From a virus, in the IMG/VR virus record IMGVR_UViG_3300022591_000004, positions 1 through 64,000 of that record: 64,000 bases of DNA; one strand, 5' to 3'. Positions within the stretch are counted from its first letter, which is position 1; each line of letters begins with the position of its first letter. Below are positions 34,344 through 44,302 of the stretch, one piece after another. The notes beneath the pieces were generated by a model. The model had not been told where the DNA came from. It searched no databases and saw nothing but the letters and a program-made list of their open reading frames with translations. The position numbers were made by a program, and so were the translations under genes.

Positions 34344-35936
34344 TTATACTGAGGCTAGTTGTAAAAACTGGCGCAAACTACCCACTGTAAGGGGTACTCC
34401 GCCCTTATCGTCGATACCTTCTCCGTCAATAATAGCGCTAGCCACTGACGTCTTTTGCTGGAGTGATTCGTACTGGCGCTCTTCAATAGAGCCCGCAATT
34501 AATATATCTTGAATGACTATTGAGGGCCAAGTAGAGGACGCACGTTTGATTCGTCCGTTACGTTGAGTAGCAGCGCCTGAAGACCAAGGTAAATCATAGT
34601 TAACCAGTAGATTTGCGGCGGGCAAATCAACGCCATAACCACCTGCATCAGAGCTAATGAGCACCCGTACTTCCAGTAACGTGTTGAAAGCAATTTTATT
34701 CTCCTCTTTAGTCTTAGCGTCTAACTTACCTGAGTATAGACGGCAACGGTCAGCCCCTAAGCGTTCCGCTATCTTGTCTAGCATGTCTACATAGGTGGCA
34801 AAAATAACTACCTTATTGGCTGGGTTAGCGTCTAGAAAATCAGATACGTACTCTACAAGAGTCTCTAGCTTGCTAGAGCTGGTAAGACCTTCTAAAAGCC
34901 CTTCTTGGACAAGCTCATTAGCATAGCTAGAACCCTCTCCACTGAGCTGTAAAAACTTCTGTGCGCTGGTACGCAATAAGTCTGGGTGAGAGCACAGCAT
35001 CTTTAGGGCGCCAATTTTAGACATAATCTTGCCACGCCATTCATCTTCTGGGCCGTTGCGTTTACTCTCATAGCCGTAGTGAGCCATGATGTTAAACGAG
35101 CCACCAAAGAGTGCTTGAGCCTCATCTAAATCAGCAAGCAAGTCTTTTCTAATTCGTTCGTAGAGACGAGAAGACTTTCTATCAAAGACGACCTTGATAG
35201 GGTCTTTGTGGATGGAGTCAGGCAAGAAAGGAGCAACGTCTGGGTCTTTTTGAGATTTGCGAACAGACGCAGTTTGCATAATTCCAAAGAGAACGTCTAG
35301 ATTTTTATAGCGCTCTACTCCACCCCACGAATTGCGAATGATGTATAGCTGGTCAAAGTAATCAAACCTTTTGAGAACGTCGGGGTCTACAAACTGCATG
35401 ATAGAGAACAGCTCTTCGGGCTTACCGTTTTCAATAGGAGTTCCCGTAAGAGCAAACTTAAATTCTGCTGTGCCTAAACGCTTTGTGTATTTAGACCTCT
35501 TAGACTTAAAAGACTTGATAGCAGTTGCTTCGTCAAGTACTACAAATCCTCTGGGGAGTTTTTTGACGAAATCCCAGTCGTTAACAATTTGCTCATAATT
35601 GAGGATAATGTAGTCGACTTTGGTGGTTCGCCAATTGTATGCAGCGTCGTACTGCTCTGCTCTTTTAGCTTTGGTTCCATCAATGACCAAAGCACGTGAA
35701 GTACCATCGGTAAATTTCTCAATCTGATTAGCCCACTGATATTTCAGTGATGATAAACAGATTACCAAACCAGGCTCTTTAATTTGTCGTGAATCCATAA
35801 GCCGTTCTATAGCGGCAATAGTTAACACAGTCTTACCTAAACCTAAATCATAAGCAACGAGCATCTTCTTGCGCTCGCACATACGTTCTACTGCTTCGGG
35901 TTGGTAAGGAAGCAGTGTTCCTTTAAACGACATCAA
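34344..35936 (-). CDS. SNF2-family helicase
   Basis: DLGLGKT, DEAT, LTGTPIEN, GYGVDL, QRNGRI.R. Confidence 0.92.
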   Translation of the reverse strand: MMSFKGTLLPYQPEAVERMCERKKMLVAYDLGLGKTVLTIAAIERLMDSRQIKEPGLVICLSSLKYQWANQIEKFTDGTSRALVIDGTKAKRAEQYDAAYNWRTTKVDYIILNYEQIVNDWDFVKKLPRGFVVLDEATAIKSFKSKRSKYTKRLGTAEFKFALTGTPIENGKPEELFSIMQFVDPDVLKRFDYFDQLYIIRNSWGGVERYKNLDVLFGIMQTASVRKSQKDPDVAPFLPDSIHKDPIKVVFDRKSSRLYERIRKDLLADLDEAQALFGGSFNIMAHYGYESKRNGPEDEWRGKIMSKIGALKMLCSHPDLLRTSAQKFLQLSGEGSSYANELVQEGLLEGLTSSSKLETLVEYVSDFLDANPANKVVIFATYVDMLDKIAERLGADRCRLYSGKLDAKTKEENKIAFNTLLEVRVLISSDAGGYGVDLPAANLLVNYDLPWSSGAATQRNGRIKRASSTWPSIVIQDILIAGSIEERQYESLQQKTSVASAIIDGEGIDDKGGVPLTVGSLRQFLQLASV

Positions 35937-36459
35937 ACTCCCCTAGATTGGCTGCAATCTGACCTTTGAGACCATCCAACCCTGTGTTATTCATAATTAC
36001 TCGGTCAAACTTCCAATAGTCTAACGCTGACTCTGAAGGATGGTCGTTTACTGGTGAGTAACCTGGTCGCATAACGCGCCATACTTCACCATTCAAATCT
36101 TTGATAGCGCTGGCTTCATTAGGAAACCGAACATCGGTAAAGACGACCTTCTGTGACGAAGATACTCCCTTCATCGCTTGGTCAATCCAAAAGTTCTCGC
36201 CAAACATATCTCGACCTACTTCAGTGCCAAATACTTGTAGAAGACGTCGAGCGTCGGTATAACGCTTGGCATACTCCCATCCGTGCATGTCAATTATTTC
36301 TTGAAGTCGTGTCCCTCCTGCAACAAAAGGGTTTAGCGCGTAAAGAGCGGTACGCATGGGCTCAGCAAAAGCGCGGTTGTCGTAACCATGCAGTCCAATA
36401 AGCATTCCTGCCACGGTGTCCTTGCCAGATTGTGCGTATCCTGATAGACCAATAATCAT
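35923..36459 (-). CDS. deoxynucleoside monophosphate kinase
   Basis: GYAQSGKDT, RRLLQ.FGTE.GR, TDVRFPNE, HPSE. Confidence 0.9.
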   Translation of the reverse strand: MIIGLSGYAQSGKDTVAGMLIGLHGYDNRAFAEPMRTALYALNPFVAGGTRLQEIIDMHGWEYAKRYTDARRLLQVFGTEVGRDMFGENFWIDQAMKGVSSSQKVVFTDVRFPNEASAIKDLNGEVWRVMRPGYSPVNDHPSESALDYWKFDRVIMNNTGLDGLKGQIAANLGEFDVV

Positions 36460-37385
36460 AAGAAAGCCCTCTTTCCGTGGATGGAGTGACGTGCGTTGTT
36501 TAACCCGAACATTATCTCAGCCTTGCTCATTCCTCCAATGTCCTTCATGTCTGTTTGCTCATAGTTGAAGAACCAACACTCAAATCCCATGGTGCGCGAA
36601 TACTCTAATAAAGTCGCTGATGAGCTTATTCCAGCTTCATCATTATCCATAGCAAAGACAACCCTATCGGCTGAACGAATAAGGTTAATCTGTTCTTTAG
36701 ATACTCCAGAGCCACAGGTAGAGACGCCGCCTAAGATGCCTACAGAAGCTAAACGAGCTACATCCAACGGAGACTCTACAACAATCATTTCAGAGCCGAT
36801 GTAGCGTTCATAGCCAAATAAACACGAAGACTTACTTACCTTAGGAGGAAAGTTATTAAATCGTCGTTCTTTAAACCACTTCTCTTGCCAACCAATTAAC
36901 TTATTAGTAAAAGGGTCGCGTAAGGGCAAAATCCAACTGCTGTTCTTCTCATTCCACAAGATGCCGTAATAGTCCGCAGCGACACCTGTCAATCCGCGAG
37001 ATTTAAGCGCATAGTCTGGAGGGGTAACAAAAGCGCTTAACATAGACTCAGTAACAGGCTCTGTGCGCTCAGGTAGTGGGGCTGGAGTAATCAGCTTTTG
37101 AAACGCTTTGCTAAGGTTGCGTTCCCCGCTGTTTACCCATTGAGTTGCCATCTCTGAATCAAATCCCTGAACATAAGAAACAAGACTTTGTACACCACCT
37201 TTGAAGTGGCAGGAGAAGCAGTTATGAGCACCTGTATCGGCGTTGATAGACCACGAAGGGTTGCTGTCTAGCTTTCCCTTGCGCTCTAAGTGAGCTGGGC
37301 AGTGCCCTTTAATTTCATCGCCGTTGATAGAAACAATCTCAATACCCAGTCTGTCGAGCAGGTCTTCCATCTCTTCTACGGTCAT
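36456..37385 (-). CDS. DNA primase (CHC2 zinc finger and TOPRIM)
   Basis: CPAH...CFSC; VESPLD; MDNDEAG. Confidence 0.9.
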   Translation of the reverse strand: MTVEEMEDLLDRLGIEIVSINGDEIKGHCPAHLERKGKLDSNPSWSINADTGAHNCFSCHFKGGVQSLVSYVQGFDSEMATQWVNSGERNLSKAFQKLITPAPLPERTEPVTESMLSAFVTPPDYALKSRGLTGVAADYYGILWNEKNSSWILPLRDPFTNKLIGWQEKWFKERRFNNFPPKVSKSSCLFGYERYIGSEMIVVESPLDVARLASVGILGGVSTCGSGVSKEQINLIRSADRVVFAMDNDEAGISSSATLLEYSRTMGFECWFFNYEQTDMKDIGGMSKAEIMFGLNNARHSIHGKRAFL

Positions 37386-38608
37386 AGGTCGGTCTCGTCA
37401 ATCTCTCGGAAAGCGCCAGTATTCCAATCCCACAACATGGATACTTCCATGTTTCCTGAGTTACGTGAAGCAATAACTTTAAGAAGACGAGTGCTGTCTA
37501 CATTTTCGTCTTCGCGTTGAAGACCAAAAATAACATCCGCGTCTTGGTGGAATGAGGAAGAGTAGCCAATAGCGTCAGTTGTTACTTGGCCGTTGCGCAT
37601 TTTATTTTCCAAAATCTGAGTGGAAATAATGACAGGCTTATTTACACGCTGAGCCAAACGCTTGAGAGAACGAGTGATATTAGTAAGCGCTTGTGGGCTG
37701 CCTGGCTTCTCACCGTTTTCATCAATCATCAAGTACATACCGTCAATGAACACCACATCAGGCTGAAGTATCTGAATCTTGCTAGCTACCGCTGAAACGG
37801 TTGAACCCTCTGTTGCCCCTACCAACCAAAACTTTTCACGCATTTGAGAAACCGCTTTCAGCTTTGCTTTAACGCGGGACTCTTCTTCGTCTGTTAAAGC
37901 TCCGCTTTGATAACGCGTGTGTGAGACACGTGAGCGCATAGCGACATAGCGAGAGAGCTGCTCTTGGTTCGTCATCTCAAACGACTGAAACATTGGAGTA
38001 CTACCTTTAAGGTGGATGTTCTGAGCAATCTGCATAGCAAGAGTGGACTTACCCGTCTTTGGCGGTGCAACAATAATAATCAGTTGACCATTTTGTAATC
38101 CATTTGTTGCCTTATCAATCGTAGGAAACCCTGTGGGAACTCCTAGCAATCCTGGATTGCTTTTGCGGTACAGGTAGTCGTCCCACAACTGCATGGGGTT
38201 TTCGGTAATGTCAATGTCAGAAGACTTTGTTAGTCCTTCTTCTTCTAACTTAACTATTCCACGTTGTAGAGAAATAAGTGCGGCTTCGTGGTCGCGTTCT
38301 TTTTCTAATTGGTCAATCGCTTCTCCCACCATACTGATGGTGGCAATCTTGCGACGACGAGCGACAATCTCATCTAATAGGTAATCAATACTGTCCTGGA
38401 CAGGTGCAACTTTGTATGTAGGAAAATTTTCTGTGACTACATCAAGGCTCGGGCACTCGCCATACTTAGTAAAATGAGATTTAAGAAGAGCCCACACTTT
38501 GCGGTCTTCGTTATCCATGAACCATGAGTCATTGACATTGCGCTCAAATAACTTAGTCAGGTCACGTGTCTCAATGACCTTGCTAAGAAGCAGCTGCTCT
38601 TTGTTCAT
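37382..38608 (-). CDS. dnaB: DnaB-like replicative helicase
   Basis: PTGF..ID..T.GL, APPKTGKST, SFEM, IDGMYL, QDADV. Confidence 0.92.
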   Translation of the reverse strand: MNKEQLLLSKVIETRDLTKLFERNVNDSWFMDNEDRKVWALLKSHFTKYGECPSLDVVTENFPTYKVAPVQDSIDYLLDEIVARRRKIATISMVGEAIDQLEKERDHEAALISLQRGIVKLEEEGLTKSSDIDITENPMQLWDDYLYRKSNPGLLGVPTGFPTIDKATNGLQNGQLIIIVAPPKTGKSTLAMQIAQNIHLKGSTPMFQSFEMTNQEQLSRYVAMRSRVSHTRYQSGALTDEEESRVKAKLKAVSQMREKFWLVGATEGSTVSAVASKIQILQPDVVFIDGMYLMIDENGEKPGSPQALTNITRSLKRLAQRVNKPVIISTQILENKMRNGQVTTDAIGYSSSFHQDADVIFGLQREDENVDSTRLLKVIASRNSGNMEVSMLWDWNTGAFREIDETDL

Positions 38609-39012
38609 AGTTGTGTGAAGTCCAATCCCCAATGTCCGTACCGTAGCAGCCTAGTCGGTAAATCCAAAACCCCAACAACTTCTGGTCGGTATGGCAGTTC
38701 AGAGACTAGGTGCTCTACTGATTCATACTTAGTAAAATAACGAAAGGGATTAGTCCCCATCTCATCCAAGTGGTTAATCATCTCTTGAAGGGCGTCCTCG
38801 TTTAAGGTAAAGGATGCAAGCTCCATGGTATACCCCTTATTTTGGGAGTATACGTAAAGACGGCTAAGTAACGTCCTATTGAGCTTAGCTTCTTTAGACG
38901 CTACTGGTATTACTTTAAGAACCTTTTTTACGGTAATGTCGTAATCAAAAAAAGTATCAGTAGTAACGATAATGCGCTTAGGCAAATCGTTACTGATGTC
39001 CCCTTTGTACAT
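38605..39012 (-). CDS. hypothetical protein
   Basis: 135-aa ORF in the replication cluster. Confidence 0.7.
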   Translation of the reverse strand: MYKGDISNDLPKRIIVTTDTFFDYDITVKKVLKVIPVASKEAKLNRTLLSRLYVYSQNKGYTMELASFTLNEDALQEMINHLDEMGTNPFRYFTKYESVEHLVSELPYRPEVVGVLDLPTRLLRYGHWGLDFTQL

Positions 39013-39327
39013 TTACAAAACCTCTGGTATTCCAAACTTTAGTAAGAACTCTCTATTATGTTTAGTAGAAAGCTTGGCCTTAGCCACATCTGTTTCTGTA
39101 ACGTTTTTAGATAAAGAAGGCTCATAAATACCGTCATTCATATCCATGCGAAGCTGGACAAGATTAACGTGTTTGCACCTTCCTCGCCCTTTGTAATTTG
39201 GGCAGGTGCAGACAAGCTTGTCATCAAGGGTAAGACCAACTTCAAAAACGCTGGGTGAAGGGATTTGAGTGTCGTTCAGAAAAATCTGAAACAACATGAT
39301 GTCCTCTTGCACTGCACGCTCCTTCAT
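39013..39327 (-). CDS. SWIM-type zinc-finger protein
   Basis: CTCP...CKH. Confidence 0.75.
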   Translation of the reverse strand: MKERAVQEDIMLFQIFLNDTQIPSPSVFEVGLTLDDKLVCTCPNYKGRGRCKHVNLVQLRMDMNDGIYEPSLSKNVTETDVAKAKLSTKHNREFLLKFGIPEVL

Positions 39328-40022
39328 CGTTGAGACCTTCTTAAGTCTAACTCTCCGTCTACGGGAACATAAAGAAACGCTTCTCGTATAAAGCTTCCTG
39401 TGGCGTCTCCGTACGTTTCTGCCCAGTTGTCTCGCTTGATATTGCTAGTAACAATCGTAGGCAATCCATTGTTGAATCTGGTGCGCAACACATGATGAAG
39501 CATATTTTTTTGCCATCCAGACAGACTAGAGTGCTCTTTTCCTATGTCATCAATAATCAAAATTCTAATGTTGTAAGCATCATCTCGGCATTCACCAAGC
39601 ATTCCGTCATACAGGACTTTATCGCTCTCATACGGCTCGTCGTCCATAAGGCGCCCTTTTAGGTCTAAGACATCGTTAAAGGTGGCAAAGTAACATGGGC
39701 GAACAATGACCTTGCCCTCTTGAGGTACAAAAGCCTCTAGTGGAAACGTAGCCATAACCTCTTGGATAACCGCCAAAGCAAGGGTAGTTTTTCCTCTACC
39801 TGGCTCTCCGTAAAAAAGGATTCCTCGGCCGCATTTAGCCCCTCCAGCCTTCAGGATGTATTCACCTGACAAAGCAAGCTTAACCCAGCCTCTAACGGCC
39901 TCTAAAGCCTTTTCTGGGGCATCTGTACAGTCACCTAAAGTCCACCCTAAACGAGCTGTGGGTATAGAGGCGGACTGCACCCATGAACGACGGCGAATTT
40001 TTAGGTCTTCTAGCTTAAACAC
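39324..40022 (-). CDS. DnaC/IstB-like AAA+ helicase loader
   Basis: GEPGRGKT, IIDDIGKE, R.NNGLPTIVTSN. Confidence 0.88.
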   Translation of the reverse strand: MFKLEDLKIRRRSWVQSASIPTARLGWTLGDCTDAPEKALEAVRGWVKLALSGEYILKAGGAKCGRGILFYGEPGRGKTTLALAVIQEVMATFPLEAFVPQEGKVIVRPCYFATFNDVLDLKGRLMDDEPYESDKVLYDGMLGECRDDAYNIRILIIDDIGKEHSSLSGWQKNMLHHVLRTRFNNGLPTIVTSNIKRDNWAETYGDATGSFIREAFLYVPVDGELDLRRSQR

Positions 40023-40881
40023 CAAAATCCTCCCCAAACTCTCGTTTCCACTCTTCTTCTGCCTCAACCATAGCGGTTGCCAAATCATCTGACGAATTGA
40101 GACGGGCTTTGGCTTGAAGAGCTAGCTCAGGAAACCGTTTGATAAAGGTTTTCCACAACATGTCACCGTTAGTCTCTTTATTGACTTTAAGGGCGCCAAA
40201 AAACAACCGCATCATTTCTTGTTCTACTTCTCCGTCAGTGTCGTATGTCTGACGAGCTTTGGACAGGGCTATAAAAAATCGGCTTCCAGCAAGTTTCCAC
40301 GGAGGAATCCCCCAAATGGCACTCATCTGAGAAACAAACTCATTAGCGGACTGGTTAACGTTCCAGCCTTTAGGAGAAGCGGTTTCTCTGTCAACGACGT
40401 CTTTAGCGTGTTTTTCTGACTTCTGCTCTTGATAGGTAGCTTTGCGCTCAGCCATCGCTTTAAGGCGTTCGGCTTGGCGCTCATCAGCATCGGAGCTTGA
40501 GGTGCTCTTGAAAAACTCGTACCCCACCTTTTCCTCCAATCGCCCGATTGATGTTTTATTAATATCTATAACTGAATTAGCTAATACTTGTATTAAGCTA
40601 TTCTGCTCACTGTGTAGTATCTGAGGACGGCTTTTCAGGCCCCAGGAAGCCGCCTCCATAAATCCCTTTTCAGTTACATAACTTACAGTCTTGACCTCAT
40701 TGTTGACCCGTTCTTTGCGGGTAACAATCAGTCCAGCCTCTCGCAGCTCTTTCAGTGCGGTTCGTATTGCGTCTCGTCCTTCAGCTACCTCTTCGGCAAG
40801 GCGTGCAGCACTGATAGACATATCAGCGTTGATGAAGTACGCCAAAGCACCACGTGCCCGAAGAGATAGTTTTTTATCCAC
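40015..40881 (-). CDS. phage replication initiator-like protein (N-terminal wHTH)
   Basis: LSLRARGALAY...GRDAIRTALKELREAGLI; directly upstream of the DnaC-like loader. Confidence 0.7.
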   Translation of the reverse strand: MDKKLSLRARGALAYFINADMSISAARLAEEVAEGRDAIRTALKELREAGLIVTRKERVNNEVKTVSYVTEKGFMEAASWGLKSRPQILHSEQNSLIQVLANSVIDINKTSIGRLEEKVGYEFFKSTSSSDADERQAERLKAMAERKATYQEQKSEKHAKDVVDRETASPKGWNVNQSANEFVSQMSAIWGIPPWKLAGSRFFIALSKARQTYDTDGEVEQEMMRLFFGALKVNKETNGDMLWKTFIKRFPELALQAKARLNSSDDLATAMVEAEEEWKREFGEDFGV

Positions 40882-41444
40882 TATAGTGTCTTTAATGTTT
40901 CCTTGAGAGTCTTAACGAGCTCTTCAGCGTTTTTAAGCGCCTTTTCTACTTGAGCCCTAGTGTCTTCTAGGATAGGTGAGCTTAATGGCAGCTGGTCAGG
41001 CTCTTCCTTTACAGCCAGCTTCGGCGTTTCCTTAGGTTCTTCTACCTCATTGAGGGGGACAAGCCCGTCACAGAGATTAAAGGCGGGAATTTGGCTAGCG
41101 ATGCAGGACGCCAAAATACTGTTGTCCTCATTCCACAGTAGGTAGGCAACAGAATCCTGACCCGCCATAAACTTGATAGCGTCCTCTACAGGATTAAGAG
41201 ATGGGGATTGCGAGGCGCCAGGAATTCCTATAGTGCTGGCGTCGTCGTTGCAAAAAACCATAAGGTCTTTGCCTACTTCTTTTGAGTATTGGGCGGCAAA
41301 ACTTTGGCTCTTAGTAGGTTGCTTGTCGTAAGCAACGACTAGAGTTCCTTCTTCACCTTTTGCGTAATAGTGGTCTTCCACCAGGGCTTCAATATTTGCC
41401 CGAGTGCTTTCTCCACTACCCGCAACTAAAACGTAATAAGTCAT
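40881..41444 (-). CDS. hypothetical protein
   Basis: AAGGAGG RBS; 187 aa. Confidence 0.7.
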   Translation of the reverse strand: MTYYVLVAGSGESTRANIEALVEDHYYAKGEEGTLVVAYDKQPTKSQSFAAQYSKEVGKDLMVFCNDDASTIGIPGASQSPSLNPVEDAIKFMAGQDSVAYLLWNEDNSILASCIASQIPAFNLCDGLVPLNEVEEPKETPKLAVKEEPDQLPLSSPILEDTRAQVEKALKNAEELVKTLKETLKTL

Positions 41445-41480
41445 GGGTCCTCCTTTGATGGAGGCACAGACTACACAGGT

Positions 41481-41765
41481 TTAGCGCTCTTTGCCAACTG
41501 CGTGGATAACCGCGGCTTGGTAGGTGTTGATGCGTTCTGCCACGATAACTAACAGAGAGCCAAAAAATGCTCCAGAAACAGAGTAAATAATAAAGTTCTT
41601 TACTCCGCCTACGTTACTAAGGCCAGTAGCTCCAGCAGAGGTAAGAAGGCATAAAAACGCCCGAATAAGGCGCATATCCATAAAAGCTTCTAAAACAGAA
41701 ATAAGTTGGTTAATGACCGCAAAAACAAACGCGGTAAATCCAGAGATAAGAAGTAAGGTCAGCAT
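41481..41765 (-). CDS. small membrane protein, holin candidate
   Basis: Up to three hydrophobic segments. Confidence 0.55.
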   Translation of the reverse strand: MLTLLLISGFTAFVFAVINQLISVLEAFMDMRLIRAFLCLLTSAGATGLSNVGGVKNFIIYSVSGAFFGSLLVIVAERINTYQAAVIHAVGKER

Positions 41766-41777
41766 GAACCTATCATA

Positions 41778-43808
41778 CTATGTATTAGGTTGTGCAAAGA
41801 ACAACTCAAAAGTGCTGCCTGACATTATCCAATCAGGGATTTTAGCGATAAGGCGACTTTCAATAGAAAATCGGTTTTTATAATAGTGGCTTCTGGAAGC
41901 GTCTGTAGTGCCTTCCCAGAATACGTCACTCAGTTCTGCTACGCCGTGTGACCCATCAAAGTACGTGTTCATACTAGAGCTTTTTTCAAAGAGGGCAGAG
42001 TCGACCACAACCTGATTTCCTGTTCCAGCACTTCCAGCAGCGGTGGCGGTCCAGGTTATTCCTACAACAGCAGTAGCTGCGGTATCGGGGGCAATATCAG
42101 TAACAAAAGGGCGAACAAAGTGGGTAGTCGCTGTCTGAGGCGTACCAGTAGCAGTACTGATTAACGAGTTACTGCTGTCATACCACTTAATAAACGCAGT
42201 GACTGGCGTCGGAGAATCTCCTGCATCAGTCGCACACGAATAAGCACTAAACGTGTAGTCGTTATTTGCAAGGATGTTCATAGGCGCTGAAGAAAGAGTC
42301 ACCGTTCCAGCAGAGCTAGCATACATTTCCCCTGCTTCAGTACTGTTAACGACAGAACCCGCCAAACCCAAAATATCTCTAGGGTCTGTGGAGAGCGCAA
42401 TAGTTCCGTTATCTACGGACCAAAATGTTTGAGGAAATGCAAAGTTTGGGTTAAGAATTTCGTTAATACGAGTGGCAATTAATGTGATTTCTATTTGACG
42501 AGCGTCTTGGAAAAAAGTAGCTGAAAAACCAGATTCAAACTGAAGCGCATCAAAGTAGTGCTTTTCTCCCAAAGATGGGCTGGCAATCTTAATGTTTGGA
42601 ACGGCAAACGCTGCAGATGAAGGAGCTGTAACAGATGATGTTATACGAGTCCAAGAGCTAGTATTAGTTGTTGTAGTAGAACCGTAAGAAGATGCAGTTA
42701 GCGCGGCGCCTTTAATGTCGTACCAAAGTATTTGCGCATTAACCGCACGACCAGTGGAACCAGCTTTACTGTACGCGGTAAAAGTGTAACTAGAGCCTCC
42801 TGTTACGGGAATTCCGTAATGAAGCGGCGTATCCCCAGACAATCCAATGATTACGTTTGCGCTAGCAACAGCAGATACCTGCAACGTTGCCTTTTGTAGA
42901 TTAGGGAACTGTGCCTGACTAGAAGATTCAATATAAGGTGTTATAGTAGGTGAGTCTGTAGACAAGTGTCTTATCAAAGTAGCGTTTGATACAGATACCC
43001 AATTACCAATAGTTTGTTCAAAGGAAGAATCGTTTTGGTCCAACATTAAATTTTTTCCTCTAACAATAGTGTTGTCGTATCCAGCATACGATTTAATAAA
43101 GTCTTTTAGTCCTAGTAAAGTTCCTTTAATAAGAAACAAGCGTGAGATATTACGCAAAAAGATTTTAGACTGCTTGATTCCTAGTGCAGGTTCGTATTTA
43201 AGTCCAAATTCTTGCATAAAGGTAGGAATAAGAAGCCCATTGAGATTGGTTACATCATAACGATTGGTGATATTTTCAGCAGAGCTTTTGTACACATCTA
43301 GTTGAAAAGCAAAGAGAGTGATAAAACGCTGTAAAAAAGTGTTTGTTGATTCTAATGAAGTGTCATTAGGAATCTGTGAGCTAAGAATTTCAGGCAAGTA
43401 CCTAAACATTGCCGAAGAAGTTCCGTAATCTTTAACAGAAACTCCAATAGCGTCACCAGCACGCTGCCAGGTGTAGTGCACAGTTTCTCGTACAAATAAG
43501 CTGTAATAATATGGCTTAGCTGGGCCAAGCTTAACGTTATTTGGTACTTGACCCGAATCTAGATAGGAAGTTCGTGAGGCGCCGTTTTCATCCTCAAACA
43601 ATACGTCGCCATCTTCAGCGTTTACAGCAAATCCGTATGGGCTGCGAACCAAGCGAATAAAGTCCCATGCTCCTGAAGGAGTAAACCACGAAAGCTGAAC
43701 CTGTTGGTAGTAATAAGGCTTAGCTAGGAAGTTTCCCGCAACGTATTCTGTAAGATTATTGGCACCGTAATACGCGGTGTCATAATAATCAATTCCATAT
43801 TTAGCCAA
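41778..43808 (-). CDS. baseplate wedge/tail protein with carbohydrate-binding-like domains
   Basis: YLP...FL.RF...KGT..GL P2-gpI-like core; SSFE..IGNW and NPNF CBM-like repeats. Confidence 0.75.
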   Translation of the reverse strand: MAKYGIDYYDTAYYGANNLTEYVAGNFLAKPYYYQQVQLSWFTPSGAWDFIRLVRSPYGFAVNAEDGDVLFEDENGASRTSYLDSGQVPNNVKLGPAKPYYYSLFVRETVHYTWQRAGDAIGVSVKDYGTSSAMFRYLPEILSSQIPNDTSLESTNTFLQRFITLFAFQLDVYKSSAENITNRYDVTNLNGLLIPTFMQEFGLKYEPALGIKQSKIFLRNISRLFLIKGTLLGLKDFIKSYAGYDNTIVRGKNLMLDQNDSSFEQTIGNWVSVSNATLIRHLSTDSPTITPYIESSSQAQFPNLQKATLQVSAVASANVIIGLSGDTPLHYGIPVTGGSSYTFTAYSKAGSTGRAVNAQILWYDIKGAALTASSYGSTTTTNTSSWTRITSSVTAPSSAAFAVPNIKIASPSLGEKHYFDALQFESGFSATFFQDARQIEITLIATRINEILNPNFAFPQTFWSVDNGTIALSTDPRDILGLAGSVVNSTEAGEMYASSAGTVTLSSAPMNILANNDYTFSAYSCATDAGDSPTPVTAFIKWYDSSNSLISTATGTPQTATTHFVRPFVTDIAPDTAATAVVGITWTATAAGSAGTGNQVVVDSALFEKSSSMNTYFDGSHGVAELSDVFWEGTTDASRSHYYKNRFSIESRLIAKIPDWIMSGSTFELFFAQPNT

Positions 43809-44294
43809 TTACATTCCGCCTAATAGTAAGTTTTCTGTGTAGTCGGTTGCACCTAGCTGAGGGTTAGTTGCATACAAAATGCCATCTGGACCGATACGCG
43901 TCATCACCGTTCCGCTGGAGTTCTTCCATTGCATAAGGTCAGCGGTTTGGCCCGAGGCAGCAGTAATAGTAATACCTACTGTGCTGGCTGTAGGGGAAAT
44001 AGTGCTTCCACCAGCCACTTTTACATACTGAGAGTGCGTATCAGCAACGATTCCTGCTTCAATATTTGCAAGACGAGCAATAACGGTGGAAAAATCACGT
44101 CCATCGTTGTACCAAGAAGATGATGCCGTTGGAGAAGTAGAGAGTGAAGGGGTAACTCCCAAAGTGGTTTCAATAGAAACTACCTCTACACGAAGTGTAT
44201 TTGGGTCAGCTGCGTCAATAATGTCAACGTTGTTTTGCTTATTAGGCCCAAAGTTAACAACGCTAGCTGGATATGTAGGTGTGTATGAGGTCAT
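43809..44294 (-). CDS. minor tail/structural protein
   Basis: EVVSIETTLG...RLANIE; lies within the baseplate operon. Confidence 0.6.
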   Translation of the reverse strand: MTSYTPTYPASVVNFGPNKQNNVDIIDAADPNTLRVEVVSIETTLGVTPSLSTSPTASSSWYNDGRDFSTVIARLANIEAGIVADTHSQYVKVAGGSTISPTASTVGITITAASGQTADLMQWKNSSGTVMTRIGPDGILYATNPQLGATDYTENLLLGGM

Positions 44295-44302
44295 TTTTAT
44301 CC

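Noticed and set aside
12984-38608. Inteins in nrdJ, recA, polA or dnaB
   Set aside because: Protein lengths are normal and no C...HN splice motifs were seen
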